From assembly GCF_000142905.1 (NCBI RefSeq), contig NW_013657675.1:186001-250000 (forward strand): a stretch of 64,000 nt of DNA, in the 5' to 3' direction. Below the pieces are notes generated by a model. It was not told the DNA's origin. It did no database searches and saw nothing but the letters and a program-made list of their open reading frames with translations. Source of the DNA: Thecamonas trahens ATCC 50062 (Eukaryota; Protista; Apusomonadida). Of the stretch, positions 1 through 10,765 are shown piece after piece. A program made the translations under genes and the position numbers. Positions within the stretch are counted from its first letter, which is position 1; each line of letters begins with the position of its first letter.

Positions 1-1761
1 CCCGAGACGCAGGCTGTTGTCACCGCGACCTTTATGTCGCTTATCGACACGGTCGAGTCGCTGGAGATTGCGGCGTCGTCCATTGGGGCTTCCCTCACCG
101 CCCCGCAGACGCTTTCGGCGCTGGTGACGTACGCCTCGACTCCCGAGACGCTTGCTTCGGGCTTTGACGCCCTCCTTCGAGTTCTTGCCCTTGCCGCCGA
201 CGCGCAGGTGAAGAAGCACATGGCGCGCGGCGGCGGCGGCGACGACGTCGGCGTCGTTGGCGCCCATGGCTACCCGTTCCCGCCGGGCGTGTTTGCCTCG
301 CTCGCCGCGGCCTCGGCGCCGCCGATGGACGACATGGCGGGCGCCATGGGTGGCATGGTCGACTCGCCGGTCCCGGTCGAGAAGAAGCTCGGGACACAGT
401 GGAAGACATTGCGCGCAGCTTCGGCTCTCGGCGAGATCGAGGAGCTTGTGGCCATGGCTGTTCCGCTCGTCCCACTTCTTGTGGAGGACATTCGCCGCGC
501 CACCTCGACCTCGGAGCCGCTGGAGACTGCGTACTCGGCCACGCTCCCGCGCCGCGTCACCCTCGAGGCCATGCACCGTATCTCGGTCTTGGTCACCCTT
601 GTCCAGATCAACTCGCCCGCTATCGATCAGGCGCTTGTCGACCTTGACGTTGTCTCGCTCCTTCTCGACCTCTTTGTCGCCTCGCCCTCGAACAACGTCC
701 TCCACACCGCCGTCACCAACTTTGTCCTCGGCATCCTCCGCAAGTATCCGGGCTCGTTCGCCCTCCCGGCCTCGGCCACCCACGCCGTCGACGTCGGCCG
801 CAGTGGCGCCACCGTCGCCGACGCTACCGCTACGCTTGCGGCCGCTGAGGCCTACTCGGACGCCGCCGTCCCGGCCGTCGTCGCCGCCCTCCACGCTGCA
901 CTCGGGCCCGACGGCGCTGACCTGCCCGGCAAGCTTCTCGCCAAGTCGGCGGAGAACGCCGAGGCTGTCGCCTCACCCAAGGGCTTCCGCCTCCCCTCGA
1001 TGGGCCACGTGTGCATTCTCGGCAACGCGCTCAACGCCTCGCCGTTCTTTGGCCCGCTCCTTGCCGACTCGGGCCCGTGGGCCGCCTTTGTCTCTGCAGA
1101 GCTCTCCACCTTTAACGAGCTCAACACCAAGCCCATGGGCGCCGAGCTCACCGGCCCGCTGGCCTCGGACCCGCGCTACCACATGGGCGGCTCCGACGGC
1201 TCGGGCGGCCCGGGTGACTTGGGCGGCAACGCAGGGAACGCCGGCTCGGGCGGAGGCTCAGGCGAGATGCTCACCTCCATCGAGGACCTGCAGAACATCC
1301 TCTCGCAGCTCCTCGGGCCGGGCGCCGACCAGGCTCTCGCCGGCTTTGGCCAGGGCTCGGCCACCTTTGATGATGATGACGACGACATTGCCTTTGGCGC
1401 CGCCGTCGACGACGACGATGGCGAGTACGACGACGGCAACCCGTTTGCCGACGGTGACTTTCAGTTTGGTCAGGTGAGCATTCCTGACGAGTTTGACCCG
1501 GCCGAGGCCGTCGCTGACTCGGCTTCGACCGGCATCGTCATCCAGGACGGCGTCTCGCTCTCGGACGAAGACGAGGTCCCCTCCAGCGAACACGACAACT
1601 TTGTCGACGATGACGCCGACGCCGCCGCCCTCCTCGAAGCCGACGACGATGTCTCGGACGATGACGACAATGCCACGCCTGCTGCCGACGCCGACGCCGC
1701 GCCTGCCGCCAACGCCAGCGCTGAGGATGCCGTGGCCGATGGCGAGGCGTCACAGGCTTAG
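1..1761 (+). CDS. SIT4-associated (SAPS)/PP6 regulatory subunit, 5'-truncated
   Basis: Frame is open from base 1. Motifs LLDLF..SNNVLHTAV and RLPSMGHVCILGNAL match SAPS NNFLH and R.GYMGHL..I.N. Long acidic C-terminal tail. Confidence 0.8.
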   Translation, partial: PETQAVVTATFMSLIDTVESLEIAASSIGASLTAPQTLSALVTYASTPETLASGFDALLRVLALAADAQVKKHMARGGGGDDVGVVGAHGYPFPPGVFASLAAASAPPMDDMAGAMGGMVDSPVPVEKKLGTQWKTLRAASALGEIEELVAMAVPLVPLLVEDIRRATSTSEPLETAYSATLPRRVTLEAMHRISVLVTLVQINSPAIDQALVDLDVVSLLLDLFVASPSNNVLHTAVTNFVLGILRKYPGSFALPASATHAVDVGRSGATVADATATLAAAEAYSDAAVPAVVAALHAALGPDGADLPGKLLAKSAENAEAVASPKGFRLPSMGHVCILGNALNASPFFGPLLADSGPWAAFVSAELSTFNELNTKPMGAELTGPLASDPRYHMGGSDGSGGPGDLGGNAGNAGSGGGSGEMLTSIEDLQNILSQLLGPGADQALAGFGQGSATFDDDDDDIAFGAAVDDDDGEYDDGNPFADGDFQFGQVSIPDEFDPAEAVADSASTGIVIQDGVSLSDEDEVPSSEHDNFVDDDADAAALLEADDDVSDDDDNATPAADADAAPAANASAEDAVADGEASQA

Positions 1762-1889
1762 ACGAGCCCAAGCACAGTCCTCGAACCACCATCGATCCCC
1801 TATCGATTATCTACAACGTTGCCGCAGTACTGTAACACGCCCCCCCCCCTCCCTCCGTCCCCGACCCATACTCCTCCCCACACTAACTC

Positions 1890-3215
1890 ATGCTTCGCAA
1901 CCTCGTCCCGCGTCTCGCCACTACCGCCGCTACCGCGTCAAGGACCGCAGCAGCTGCCACAGCCCGTCAGGCCTCGTCGACGCCGGCTGACAGCGACCCG
2001 GTCATCGTGTCGACGGCCCGGACGGCCGTGGGCACCTTTGGCGGCTCGCTGGCATCGCTCACGGCGCCGCAGCTGGGTGCGGCAGCGGCGTCGGCTGCTC
2101 TTGCTCGCGCTGGCCTCTCGCTCACTCCGGCCGACGAGAAAAATCCGGTGACACAGGTCGCCTCGGAGCCGTTTGCCATCGACGAGACCTACTTTGGCAA
2201 CGTGCTGCAGGCCAACGTCGGCCAGGCGCCGGCCAAGCAGGTCGTCATCGGCGCCGGCCTCGGTGTCGGCGTCCCGTCGACGACGGTCAACAAGGTCTGC
2301 GCCTCGGGCCTTAAGGCTGTCATGCTCGGCGCCCAGGCTATCCGCCTCGGCGAGGCCAACTTTGTCCTTGCCGGTGGCATGGAGTCCATGTCGCAGGCCC
2401 CGTTCTACCTCCCGGACTCGCGCTGGGGCTCGCGCTACGGCCACTCCAAGGCTCTTGACGGCATTGCCCGCGACGGGCTCTCCGACGCTTACGACGGCTC
2501 CATGATGGGCGTCTGCGCCGAGGCGTGCGCTACTGAGCATGGCATCTCGCGCGCCGCCCAGGACGAGTACGCCACCCTTTCGTACCAGCGCGCTCGCGAG
2601 GCCGCCGCAGCCGGCCTCTTTGACCAGGAAATCGCGCCCGTCACCGTCAAGTCGCGCCGCGGTGAGTCGGTCGTCGACGAGGACGAGGAGCCCGCAGGCA
2701 TGGCCCTCGACAAGCTCTCTTCGCTCCGTACCGTCTTTAAGAAGGACGGCACTGTCACCGCGGGCAACGCCTCCAAGATTAACGACGGCGCTTCGGCCCT
2801 CGTCATCGCCTCGTACGGCGCCGCAAAGGCTGCAGGCCTCACCCCCATCGCCCGCATCCTTGGCATGGGCGACGCCTCCATGGAGCCCATCAAGTTTACC
2901 GACGCTCCTACTCCGGCCATCGAGCGCGCCTGCGCTCGCGCCGGCGTCGCCGTCTCCGACATCGACTACTTTGAGATCAACGAGGCCTTTGCCGTCGTTG
3001 CCCTCTGCAACGCTCGCCTCCTCGGCATCGACGTCGAGTCGCAGCTCAACGTCAACGGCGGCGCCGTCGCTCTCGGCCACCCCATCGGCTCCTCCGGTTC
3101 GCGCATCCTCGTCACCCTCGCCTCCATTCTGCAGCAGCGCGACGCCTCGCTCGGCGTCGCTGCCATTTGCAACGGCGGCGGTGGCGCGTCTGCTGTTGTC
3201 ATTGAGCGCATGTAA
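1890..3215 (+). CDS. ACAT1: Acetyl-CoA acetyltransferase (thiolase II), mitochondrial
   Basis: Catalytic motifs NKVCASG, NEAF, GHPIG and CNGGGGA. Arg/Ala/Thr-rich acid-free presequence MLRNLVPRLATTAATASR. Confidence 0.95.
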   Translation: MLRNLVPRLATTAATASRTAAAATARQASSTPADSDPVIVSTARTAVGTFGGSLASLTAPQLGAAAASAALARAGLSLTPADEKNPVTQVASEPFAIDETYFGNVLQANVGQAPAKQVVIGAGLGVGVPSTTVNKVCASGLKAVMLGAQAIRLGEANFVLAGGMESMSQAPFYLPDSRWGSRYGHSKALDGIARDGLSDAYDGSMMGVCAEACATEHGISRAAQDEYATLSYQRAREAAAAGLFDQEIAPVTVKSRRGESVVDEDEEPAGMALDKLSSLRTVFKKDGTVTAGNASKINDGASALVIASYGAAKAAGLTPIARILGMGDASMEPIKFTDAPTPAIERACARAGVAVSDIDYFEINEAFAVVALCNARLLGIDVESQLNVNGGAVALGHPIGSSGSRILVTLASILQQRDASLGVAAICNGGGGASAVVIERM

Positions 3216-4067
3216 GTGCCCCAACATGGCCGCTCTCCTGCCCGCCTCGTGGCTCGGGCCTGCGGGGAGAGTAGCCCTGCTCATGCCCTCATGCCCACTG
3301 TTTCCGGGATGGAACAACCTGACGTTACACGCCCCCCCTTCCCCCTCCTCGTCCTTCCCTCCCTCCCTCCCCCCCCCCCCCCCCCCCCCCCCCCTCCCCC
3401 CCTTTCCCTCTGCCTTCCTCACCCCACCCCTCTTCCGCCTCCACCACCGCCCACGCCCAATTTCGCCCCCACCACGTGGTCGGTTGCTGCATCGCTTAGC
3501 GCCGCTGCACCCGCTCCACCACTCTCCCTCACTCGCCACCTCCCCCAGCGTGCCCTCGCCACCTCCACCACACCACAACCCGGTTCTACCCCAGTACGCA
3601 TCCCCTCCCCGTCTCCCCTTCCCCCTCCTCCCCCCTTCCCCCTCTCCCCTCCCCCCCCCCCCCCCCCCTCCCTCCCTACGGCTGACCGGCTGCCACCACC
3701 ACATTTGGTGAATTCAGGGCTCCGGTGAAAATTGGGGTATCTGCCGGCAGAGCTCTCCAAACACGGCTGACCAAGGCCAAGTATCTCGCTCTTGTCTGTA
3801 CGCTGGCTTACGACACATCACCACGCATATCACTTACTCTCAGTGCTCGCCCTCCCCCCCCCCCCTCCCGTGCTTGCTCCTGTTCTCCTCGATCTTCTCT
3901 TGTCGTCTCTTACTGCAGTTGTGGTCGATTGGTGCCAGTAAGCCCGCCTGAGGAGTCAAGCTTGGTTTTGCCGGAGCCGCGCGGAGAAACGGCATATTTT
4001 TACAAAGGTCGGACAAGCCAAGCTACCGGTTTCAGCCGTATTCGATTCACCTGCATCAGGGCGCAGT

Positions 4068-4703
4068 ATGAACGACGATGAGATCCGCGAGCTGAATGCT
4101 CGGGTCGAGCGGGCGCTGGAGGACTTTGATTTGGAGAGCATGACCGAGGAGGAGGCGCAGCAAGTCCGCCGACGGGTCCATCACCGATCGGTGGAGAAGC
4201 AACGGCGCGACGGGATCAAGCTCCGGCTGGCACGGCTGACCGAGCTTGTGCCATCACTCTCGATGGCGCGGTCGACAAAGAAGACAAACGTGCTGCAAGA
4301 AACGATCAAGTACATGACCATGCTTCGCCGCTCGGTGGCCGAGCTGGAGACCCAGATGACGCCCGAGGCCGACCCCAAATGGAGCGCGGCCGCCCTCTCC
4401 GCCCTCGACGAACAGCTCGCCGAGGAGGAACGCATCATCGCCCGTGTCCAGGCCCGGATCAACGCCATCAAGGCGCAGCGCGTCACCCGCGACCAGCCGC
4501 CACCGGCTTCCACACCGGCGCCTGCACGAGCTGTCGACACCACGCCTGCGCCGTCATCATCCGACGAGAGCCTTAATGCCTCGTCGACACATTCCTCGTC
4601 GGCATCCCGCGTCACCCGGCGGACCCGCACGGCCTCGGCCGATGACTCACCCACGGATCCGTCGGCGACTGGCCGCACACGCCGGACCCGCCGTCGGACC
4701 TGA
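4068..4703 (+). CDS. bHLH(-ZIP) transcription factor, Myc/Max/Mlx-like group B
   Basis: RRVHHRSVEKQRRDGIKLRLARLTELVP...KKTNVLQETIKYMTMLRR carries the H-E-R basic triad and is followed by a coiled coil. Confidence 0.85.
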   Translation: MNDDEIRELNARVERALEDFDLESMTEEEAQQVRRRVHHRSVEKQRRDGIKLRLARLTELVPSLSMARSTKKTNVLQETIKYMTMLRRSVAELETQMTPEADPKWSAAALSALDEQLAEEERIIARVQARINAIKAQRVTRDQPPPASTPAPARAVDTTPAPSSSDESLNASSTHSSSASRVTRRTRTASADDSPTDPSATGRTRRTRRRT

Positions 4704-4750
4704 GTGCCAGCGGCGGAACATAAATGCAAAGCTCTGCAGCTGTGCTCGTG

Positions 4751-5875
4751 TCACGCCCGCCGCCTGCTTCCACGCTTGCTTCCGCGCCGCCGCCCGCTCC
4801 GCACGGGCGCCCCATACTTGGAGCCCGGCTGGGTCGTGCCCTTGACGTGCCGCCGGTTGGCGCCAGCGCCAAGCCCCCCACCCCCCGAGCCCGAGTCGGA
4901 CGCCTCGCCAGGCGCCTTCTTGCTCGCCCGCCGCTTACTTGCTGCCGCTGCTGCTGACGCGGCGGCGGAGCTCCCACGCGAAGGCTTGCTCCCACGTGTC
5001 GACTTGCCGCCGCGGATGGGCGGCTTGCGCGGGCGGCGGGTCGACGACGAGCCGGCGGCGCCCGCTGCAACCGGTGCCGAAGCGTCGGCGGCACCGTCGG
5101 GCAGTGGCGACCGCGAGCGGGCAGGCGGCGACGAGCCAGTCTCGCCATACACCTCGGCCCCTGTTCCTGCTTTGCGCGCATGCGATGAGTCGAACCGTGT
5201 CCTCACGTACCGCTCCTTGGAGCAGATCGACTCGTGCTTGCCAAGCCGATCGCGAACAAACTTGCGGCCACACGACGAGCACGGAATAAGCTCCAGCGAC
5301 TCGGCAAGGCACGCCGCGTCGACATCGTACTCGGCGTACGACTGCATTGGTTTGACCAGCCGCGCTTCCTTCAGATGGTACGGATCGACGCCAGCTATGA
5401 CCGTCTCGGACGACCGCGAGAACTCGGGCCGGTCCGTCCTGCCGTACCTGGCCGCACTCGCCCTAGCCGCGCCGACCGCCTCCTGCACCGCTGCTCCCTC
5501 AACCGACTTGACCCTTCTCAGCTGTCTCAACTGCGGCGAGTTTGATCGTGACCGCGCCGCCGGCGAGACCGACCGCTTCCGTGTGCCCGCGCCACCGTCG
5601 CCGGCCTCCCACGGCAACCGCGAGACGATGGGCTTCCGTGGCGCGCGCGACGGTGAGAGCGCACGCGACGGCGAGAGTGCGCGCGACGGCGAGAGCGTTC
5701 GAGTCGGCTGCTGCTGCTGCTGTGGCTGCCGTTGTTGTTGGTGGTGGTCCGGTGCGAGTCTGTGGCTCGGTGGTGATGCCGAGGTTGCGGCTGTTGCTGA
5801 TGCGGCGGTCCGTTGCTGACCCCTGGCTGCGCCCGTCCGGCGAGCCGAGCCTGTACCGGCCACCCGGGTCGCCAT
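4751..5875 (-). CDS. C2HC zinc-finger protein (ZC2HC1-like)
   Basis: LIPCSSCGRKFVRDRLGKHESIC followed by RTRFDSSHARKAGT. ATG at 5875 chosen because the upstream ORF runs through a (CA)n repeat. Confidence 0.8.
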   Translation of the reverse strand: MATRVAGTGSARRTGAARGQQRTAASATAATSASPPSHRLAPDHHQQQRQPQQQQQPTRTLSPSRALSPSRALSPSRAPRKPIVSRLPWEAGDGGAGTRKRSVSPAARSRSNSPQLRQLRRVKSVEGAAVQEAVGAARASAARYGRTDRPEFSRSSETVIAGVDPYHLKEARLVKPMQSYAEYDVDAACLAESLELIPCSSCGRKFVRDRLGKHESICSKERYVRTRFDSSHARKAGTGAEVYGETGSSPPARSRSPLPDGAADASAPVAAGAAGSSSTRRPRKPPIRGGKSTRGSKPSRGSSAAASAAAAASKRRASKKAPGEASDSGSGGGGLGAGANRRHVKGTTQPGSKYGAPVRSGRRRGSKRGSRRRA

Positions 5876-5927
5876 GGCCGACGTGTGGGGGATGGCGGGG
5901 TGAATGAGTGTGTATGCGTACGCACGT

Positions 5928-5965
5928 GTGTATGTGTATATGTATGTGTGTGTGTGTGTGTGTGT
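5928..5965. repeat. (TG/TA)n microsatellite
   Basis: gtgtgtatgtgtatatgtatgtgtgtgtgtgtg seen directly. Confidence 0.9.
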
Positions 5966-6210
5966 AAGGGAAGAGGGGATGCGTGTGTTCGGGGAGGAGT
6001 GTGGCTTGGGAAGCATATGCTTGGCGGCTGGGCGAACGCGGTCCCACGGCTGACCGGTGTTCGGCTGTTGGTTGCAGGGCGGCCCGGGCGAGGCGGCGGG
6101 GGGGAAGGGGGGGGGGGGGGGGGGGGGCGGGCGACGCCAGCTTGAGCGCGCTGCAGGTGCTTGATATCATTGCTGAAAGGCGACAAAGAGGGGTAGATAG
6201 GGGAGGGAGT

Positions 6211-7146
6211 TCATTGGACAAGGCAGGGATGGGACATGCGCCAGGCCTTCATGGAGACGATGGCGCGGTAGTGAGAGACGGCGGCAATGACAACGCAGAC
6301 GTGGAAGAACTGGTGAGAGTGGCCAAAGATATCGAACCATCCGGGGCGGAGACGCTCCGGGAGGCGTAGGCCGTAGACAAGCGCACCGCCGACGTAGAGC
6401 AGGCCCATGAGGGCGTGCGATCCGACGGCGAAAGCGTCGTAGATGTGGTCCCAGTCGTAGATAAACGCAGTGTGGATGGCGGGGAGGAGGCCAGAGCAGC
6501 CCATGGAGAGAAAGAGGAGCATGCGGACCATGCGCCACTCGGGTGTAGCAAACTTCTCCATCAGCGAGACAACGACACAGCCCGCGCCAAAGACGCAGAT
6601 CATAGACATGTACATGATCTGCAGGCCCGGGCGACAGAAGAAAACATGGTAGATGGAGGGGAAGAACGAGCCGGCAATCATCAGAGCAATGCCGGTGTAG
6701 TCGAGCCGCGAGAAGAGCGAGTGCGCCGACGGCGAGTGGCAGAAGACGAGGTGGAAGAGGGTGGAGAAGAGGAGCATCGCGAGAGTGCCGGTGAAGAAGA
6801 CCACTAAGCTGAGACCCTGCAAGAACGAGCCGTCGGTGATCCAACCCGAGGCGATGCCGTAGACGAGTAGCGCAGCAAAGATGACAAGCCCAACCAGGTG
6901 GGTGTACACGTTGCACGTCTCGTTGTGGACGTAGAGGAGCGACTCGAAGCACTTGACAAACGACTTGAGCGGAGGCCGATAGCCAGATCGGATGTACTCG
7001 TTGTCACGGAGCCAAGCCGGAAGCCGCGCGTACGACAGTAGCTGGACTCCAAACTTGCTTGCCGCATACTCTTCCACCCATCCTGGCTTGTGCTCGGCCG
7101 GCCGACTCTGAACTGCGGGTGCTGGCGCTGCCACGTCAGGCGCCAT
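6211..7146 (-). CDS. PAQR family/adiponectin-receptor-like 7TM protein
   Basis: LPAWLRDNEYIRSGYR, HNETCNVYTH, STLFH..CHS, SRLDYTGI, PERLRPGWFDIFGHSHQFFH. Confidence 0.95.
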   Translation of the reverse strand: MAPDVAAPAPAVQSRPAEHKPGWVEEYAASKFGVQLLSYARLPAWLRDNEYIRSGYRPPLKSFVKCFESLLYVHNETCNVYTHLVGLVIFAALLVYGIASGWITDGSFLQGLSLVVFFTGTLAMLLFSTLFHLVFCHSPSAHSLFSRLDYTGIALMIAGSFFPSIYHVFFCRPGLQIMYMSMICVFGAGCVVVSLMEKFATPEWRMVRMLLFLSMGCSGLLPAIHTAFIYDWDHIYDAFAVGSHALMGLLYVGGALVYGLRLPERLRPGWFDIFGHSHQFFHVCVVIAAVSHYRAIVSMKAWRMSHPCLVQ

Positions 7147-7221
7147 GCGGGTGAGGGGCGGGACGGGGGGTTGGGGGTTGGGGGGTGGGGGTGGGGGTGT
7201 TGATGAGAGGGTGTGAGGAGT

Positions 7222-7222
7222 G

Positions 7223-7253
<31 letters not shown>

Positions 7254-7295
7254 CGAGCGAGTGTGTGTGTGTGTGTGTGTGTTTGTGTGCGTGTG
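7222..7295. repeat. (GA)n + (GT)n microsatellite
   Basis: Seen directly, upstream of the PAQR start. Confidence 0.9.
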
Positions 7296-7408
7296 GACAG
7301 GGAGGGAGGCGGAGGGGGGAGGAGGAGTGGTGACGTGGGAAGGGAAGTGGGCAATGTGACATTCTTTGTGATTGGGCGCGCAATATTGGGCGGGCAGCTC
7401 TGCTGCTA

Positions 7409-7469
7409 ACTCGCTATCCCGCCGCTATCTCGCTATCCCGCCGCCATCTCGCTATCCCGCCGCCATCCC
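7409..7469. repeat. 19-bp tandem repeat x3 (CTCGCTATCCCGCCGCYAT)
   Basis: Three near-identical consecutive units. Confidence 0.85.
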
Positions 7470-7558
7470 GACAGCCCGCCGACTCGCCATCAGCCACCCG
7501 ATGTGATCTCTGTTAAGAAAGCGTCAGGGGGAAGACTAGTGGACATGGTCGTGGGAGA

Positions 7559-10500
7559 TTAGCCAAGTCGCGCAGGGCCGTCAACGGCACCCTCGCCAAG
7601 TTCCAAGATGGGCGGACGTGGGGCAGACGAGGCGGTCTCAGTGCCGGGCGGGACAGGGGCATCAAGGCCGACGCCGTAGAGGTAGCGCTTGGGGATGAAA
7701 AAGGTGATGCCGAGGTCGGCGGCAACCTCGCGGCAGAATAGGATGAGGTTGGAGAGCGGAGCCTTGTACATAAAGTAGCCGCGCCACGAGATGGACTTGA
7801 GGCCGACCCAAAAGGCGACGATGGTCTCCGAGGCCGGCGAGATGCGCTCGACAAAGAGGGCGTAGTCGTCGAGATCCCACGGTGCATCGTCGTTGGCGAG
7901 CCAGTCCTGGACCCGGGCCCGAAAGGCCTCGAGTTGCTCTGCAGTGAGCGTGTTCTCAAAGTGAAAGTACATCTCGGTGTAAAAGTTGCGCGACTTGGTG
8001 TGCTGCTCCACGCCGGCGTCGAGCACCGCTGTGTTGCGCAGCGTCCACCTCCGCCCGTCAAACCCGTAAAAGTCGGTGGTGAGCAGATTGATCTGGTCGA
8101 CAATGAGCCGGACCGGAATGAGGTTGGTGGCGAGCTTGACGATGTCGCCGGCATCGTATGGCCGGACCACAAAGGTGATGACGAGCGAGTCCCAGATCGA
8201 CCGCAGCGAGTTGCCAAATACAAAGGCAAACGAGAGGAGGACCGTGGAGAAGAGCCAGAACTGCTCAAACGGGACGCCATACACCCCAAAGATGATGACA
8301 AAGAACATAATGACCACGTACGCCACGTCCAGAATGCCCTCGGCCGTCTTACCGATCGAGTCGCGCGAGTACATCGCTTGCATCAGCCGCTGGCGGTCGG
8401 CCTGGTGCATGCGGATGATGGCCGCGAGGTCGGTGACCGTCACTGCCCCGCGCGCCTGCCGCCGGAACAGGACGTATGCAACACGCGCCATGTTACGGGT
8501 AGAAAAGAACGGGAAAAAGTCCTTGGCCACCAGGAAGCCACGGTTGGTCACATCGAGGTTGTCCATGATCGCCTCGGCCGCCCGCGCCGCAAACCGCCGC
8601 ATCCGCCGCCCAGATCCGGCAATCTTCCGGAATGACGAAGGCTTGGACTTGCGGAGAAAGTCGGCTCGTCGGACCATGGTTTGCCACAGCTGCGAGAACT
8701 GCTCGATGCTCGGCTCTTCGGTCGTCACTCCGTGAAGTGAGTACATGCCCTGCTGCATCGACGCAAAGTCGCGCGCCTCTGCCGCCGGGCCGGGCCTCTT
8801 CTTGACCCCGAAACTGCGCGCGCCACCGGGCTCCGCGCTCGGTGCGCTCGGCATACTCGCCATCGAGCCAGATGGCGACGCCCGCCGCTCATTAGGCACG
8901 ACCTCTGCCACGGTTTCCGGCACGCCGCGATACCGCAAGCCGTCGACGCCGCGCCCTGCACGCTGCATCCGCGCTCGCATCGGCAGGCCAAGCCGTTCGC
9001 GGCGCGCTTGCTCACGCTCCAGCCGTTGTTGCTCGGCCCGCACCTCGGCCTCCTTGGTCATCCGAATCTGATCGGCAACCGACTTGGGCCGACGCGTCCC
9101 ACGCTGCAGCGCTGTCTGCTGTCGCAGCGTCGGCATGTCGATGGCTGCCTGCGGTGGCATGGCCGAGCCAAGCTTGGCCAGCTCCACACCTGCCTCCATT
9201 AGCGCGTGCTCCGATTCATCGTCCGAGTCAGATGCACCCATCGGATCGCGAGCCCGCCGCCGCCGCGCTGTCATGTTGCCTTGTCTGCCGCCGTGCCGTA
9301 CGCCATTCTCGGACGCCAGATCAGCAGACGAGAGTTCGTCCTCGGTGCACTGCGCCGACGATGAGCTTTCGTCGACATGCTCCAGAAGCGCCCGCGGAAT
9401 CAGCAGCCGCGAAATCGTCTTCTCAGTCAGAATCGTCTGCGACAGCCGCCGCCAGTACAGCTTGCGATTGAGCTTGACAATCCATGCCTTCTTGAGCGCA
9501 ATCTGAAAGAGCTTGCCCACACCAAACACAACCGCGGCCTGGATGGTCGACTCCCACAACTCTACATGCGCCGAAGGCGTGCCGAGAATTCGCTCCCACA
9601 AGTACTGCGCGAGAATGAAGACTGCAAGATAAGCAATCCACCGCGGGTACTGGGAGATGAGCAGCGGCTGGATCATCCGTGCCAGCGCGAGGAATACCAG
9701 CGATGCGAGTGCGTACGTCACCATGTACACACACGTGGCAAGGACGATAAAGGCACCCAGCCGCCACGCACGAACACCGAGTAGCTTAAAGTCTGGTACC
9801 ACCAGCACCGCGACAAGTGTCGAGACCAAGATCGTCGCCAAAACCACCATCATCTCGCGCTGCCGGCGAAAGGCCGACCGGATCTTGCGCTGCATGGTCG
9901 GCGGCCGCACCGAAGTCGTGCCCATCGTACCATACGACGAGACTGCAGCAAGGAGGCCGTCCGCCGACGTCGTGCCCGATTCAGAGCCACTGCAATCGTC
10001 ATCGTTGTCGTCAACAGCGCCCGACTCGAGCCCGAGCGCGTTCGACTCTGAGCACGTCGGGCTGACAAGGACCGACTGTGACGGCGACGATCGGTACGAC
10101 GACTGCGACCGTGACGAGTGGCGGGGAGCAAAGCTTGGTGTCCCCGCGTGGAGGACCGAGTCTGGAAGCAGAATCGGCGTGTCGGACTCAAGCTTGTGCT
10201 GCTTCTCGCCGCGATCGTTGTGAAAGGCGACGGGGAGCGCGTCGACGCCACCGAGATCAACCGGCTGGAGGTCGACAAGCGAGTCTGCGAGTGGAACAAC
10301 AACTTGAGAGGGGAACATCTCGGCTATGAGCAAGTTGCGGTCGTGGAGCTTGGACGCCATGTCGCTGGTCGCAACGCTTACGGTCGAACCCGATCGCGCC
10401 AGCCTTGTCGAGCCGAACCCGCGCTCGCCAGGCAGATCGTCGGCCATGGTCATGACCACGTCGCCAGCGGCTGCCACATCGGCCGCACTGGCCACACCGT

Positions 10501-10765
10501 CGTCTTCGGCCTCAGTCTGGATGCGGTTGCGGATCTGCAGGAGCGGCACGACGGCGGGCATCGATGAGGCGCACGCCTCGACCTCGTCGACAAGCTCGAC
10601 CTCGCCGACCACTGGCAGCGACGTCTGTCGCGACGAGCGAAACCGGACGTCTGACGCCGTGCTCGCCGACCATGTCGACTCGCCGTCATCGATCAGGCCG
10701 CTGTGTGGGCTATGCTCGTCAGGCCGCCGATCCAGGCCTGGGCCGGCCAGCCGAATGCCATCCAT
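7559..10765 (-). CDS. MscS-like mechanosensitive channel (eukaryotic MSL/Msy type with EF-hand-like segment)
   Basis: N-terminal TM helices; DNLDVTNRGFLVAKDFFPFF EF-hand-like loop; pore region LSFAFVFGNSLRSIWDSLVITFVVRPYDAGD...VDQINLLTT. Confidence 0.9.
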   Translation of the reverse strand: MDGIRLAGPGLDRRPDEHSPHSGLIDDGESTWSASTASDVRFRSSRQTSLPVVGEVELVDEVEACASSMPAVVPLLQIRNRIQTEAEDDGVASAADVAAAGDVVMTMADDLPGERGFGSTRLARSGSTVSVATSDMASKLHDRNLLIAEMFPSQVVVPLADSLVDLQPVDLGGVDALPVAFHNDRGEKQHKLESDTPILLPDSVLHAGTPSFAPRHSSRSQSSYRSSPSQSVLVSPTCSESNALGLESGAVDDNDDDCSGSESGTTSADGLLAAVSSYGTMGTTSVRPPTMQRKIRSAFRRQREMMVVLATILVSTLVAVLVVPDFKLLGVRAWRLGAFIVLATCVYMVTYALASLVFLALARMIQPLLISQYPRWIAYLAVFILAQYLWERILGTPSAHVELWESTIQAAVVFGVGKLFQIALKKAWIVKLNRKLYWRRLSQTILTEKTISRLLIPRALLEHVDESSSSAQCTEDELSSADLASENGVRHGGRQGNMTARRRRARDPMGASDSDDESEHALMEAGVELAKLGSAMPPQAAIDMPTLRQQTALQRGTRRPKSVADQIRMTKEAEVRAEQQRLEREQARRERLGLPMRARMQRAGRGVDGLRYRGVPETVAEVVPNERRASPSGSMASMPSAPSAEPGGARSFGVKKRPGPAAEARDFASMQQGMYSLHGVTTEEPSIEQFSQLWQTMVRRADFLRKSKPSSFRKIAGSGRRMRRFAARAAEAIMDNLDVTNRGFLVAKDFFPFFSTRNMARVAYVLFRRQARGAVTVTDLAAIIRMHQADRQRLMQAMYSRDSIGKTAEGILDVAYVVIMFFVIIFGVYGVPFEQFWLFSTVLLSFAFVFGNSLRSIWDSLVITFVVRPYDAGDIVKLATNLIPVRLIVDQINLLTTDFYGFDGRRWTLRNTAVLDAGVEQHTKSRNFYTEMYFHFENTLTAEQLEAFRARVQDWLANDDAPWDLDDYALFVERISPASETIVAFWVGLKSISWRGYFMYKAPLSNLILFCREVAADLGITFFIPKRYLYGVGLDAPVPPGTETASSAPRPPILELGEGAVDGPARLG

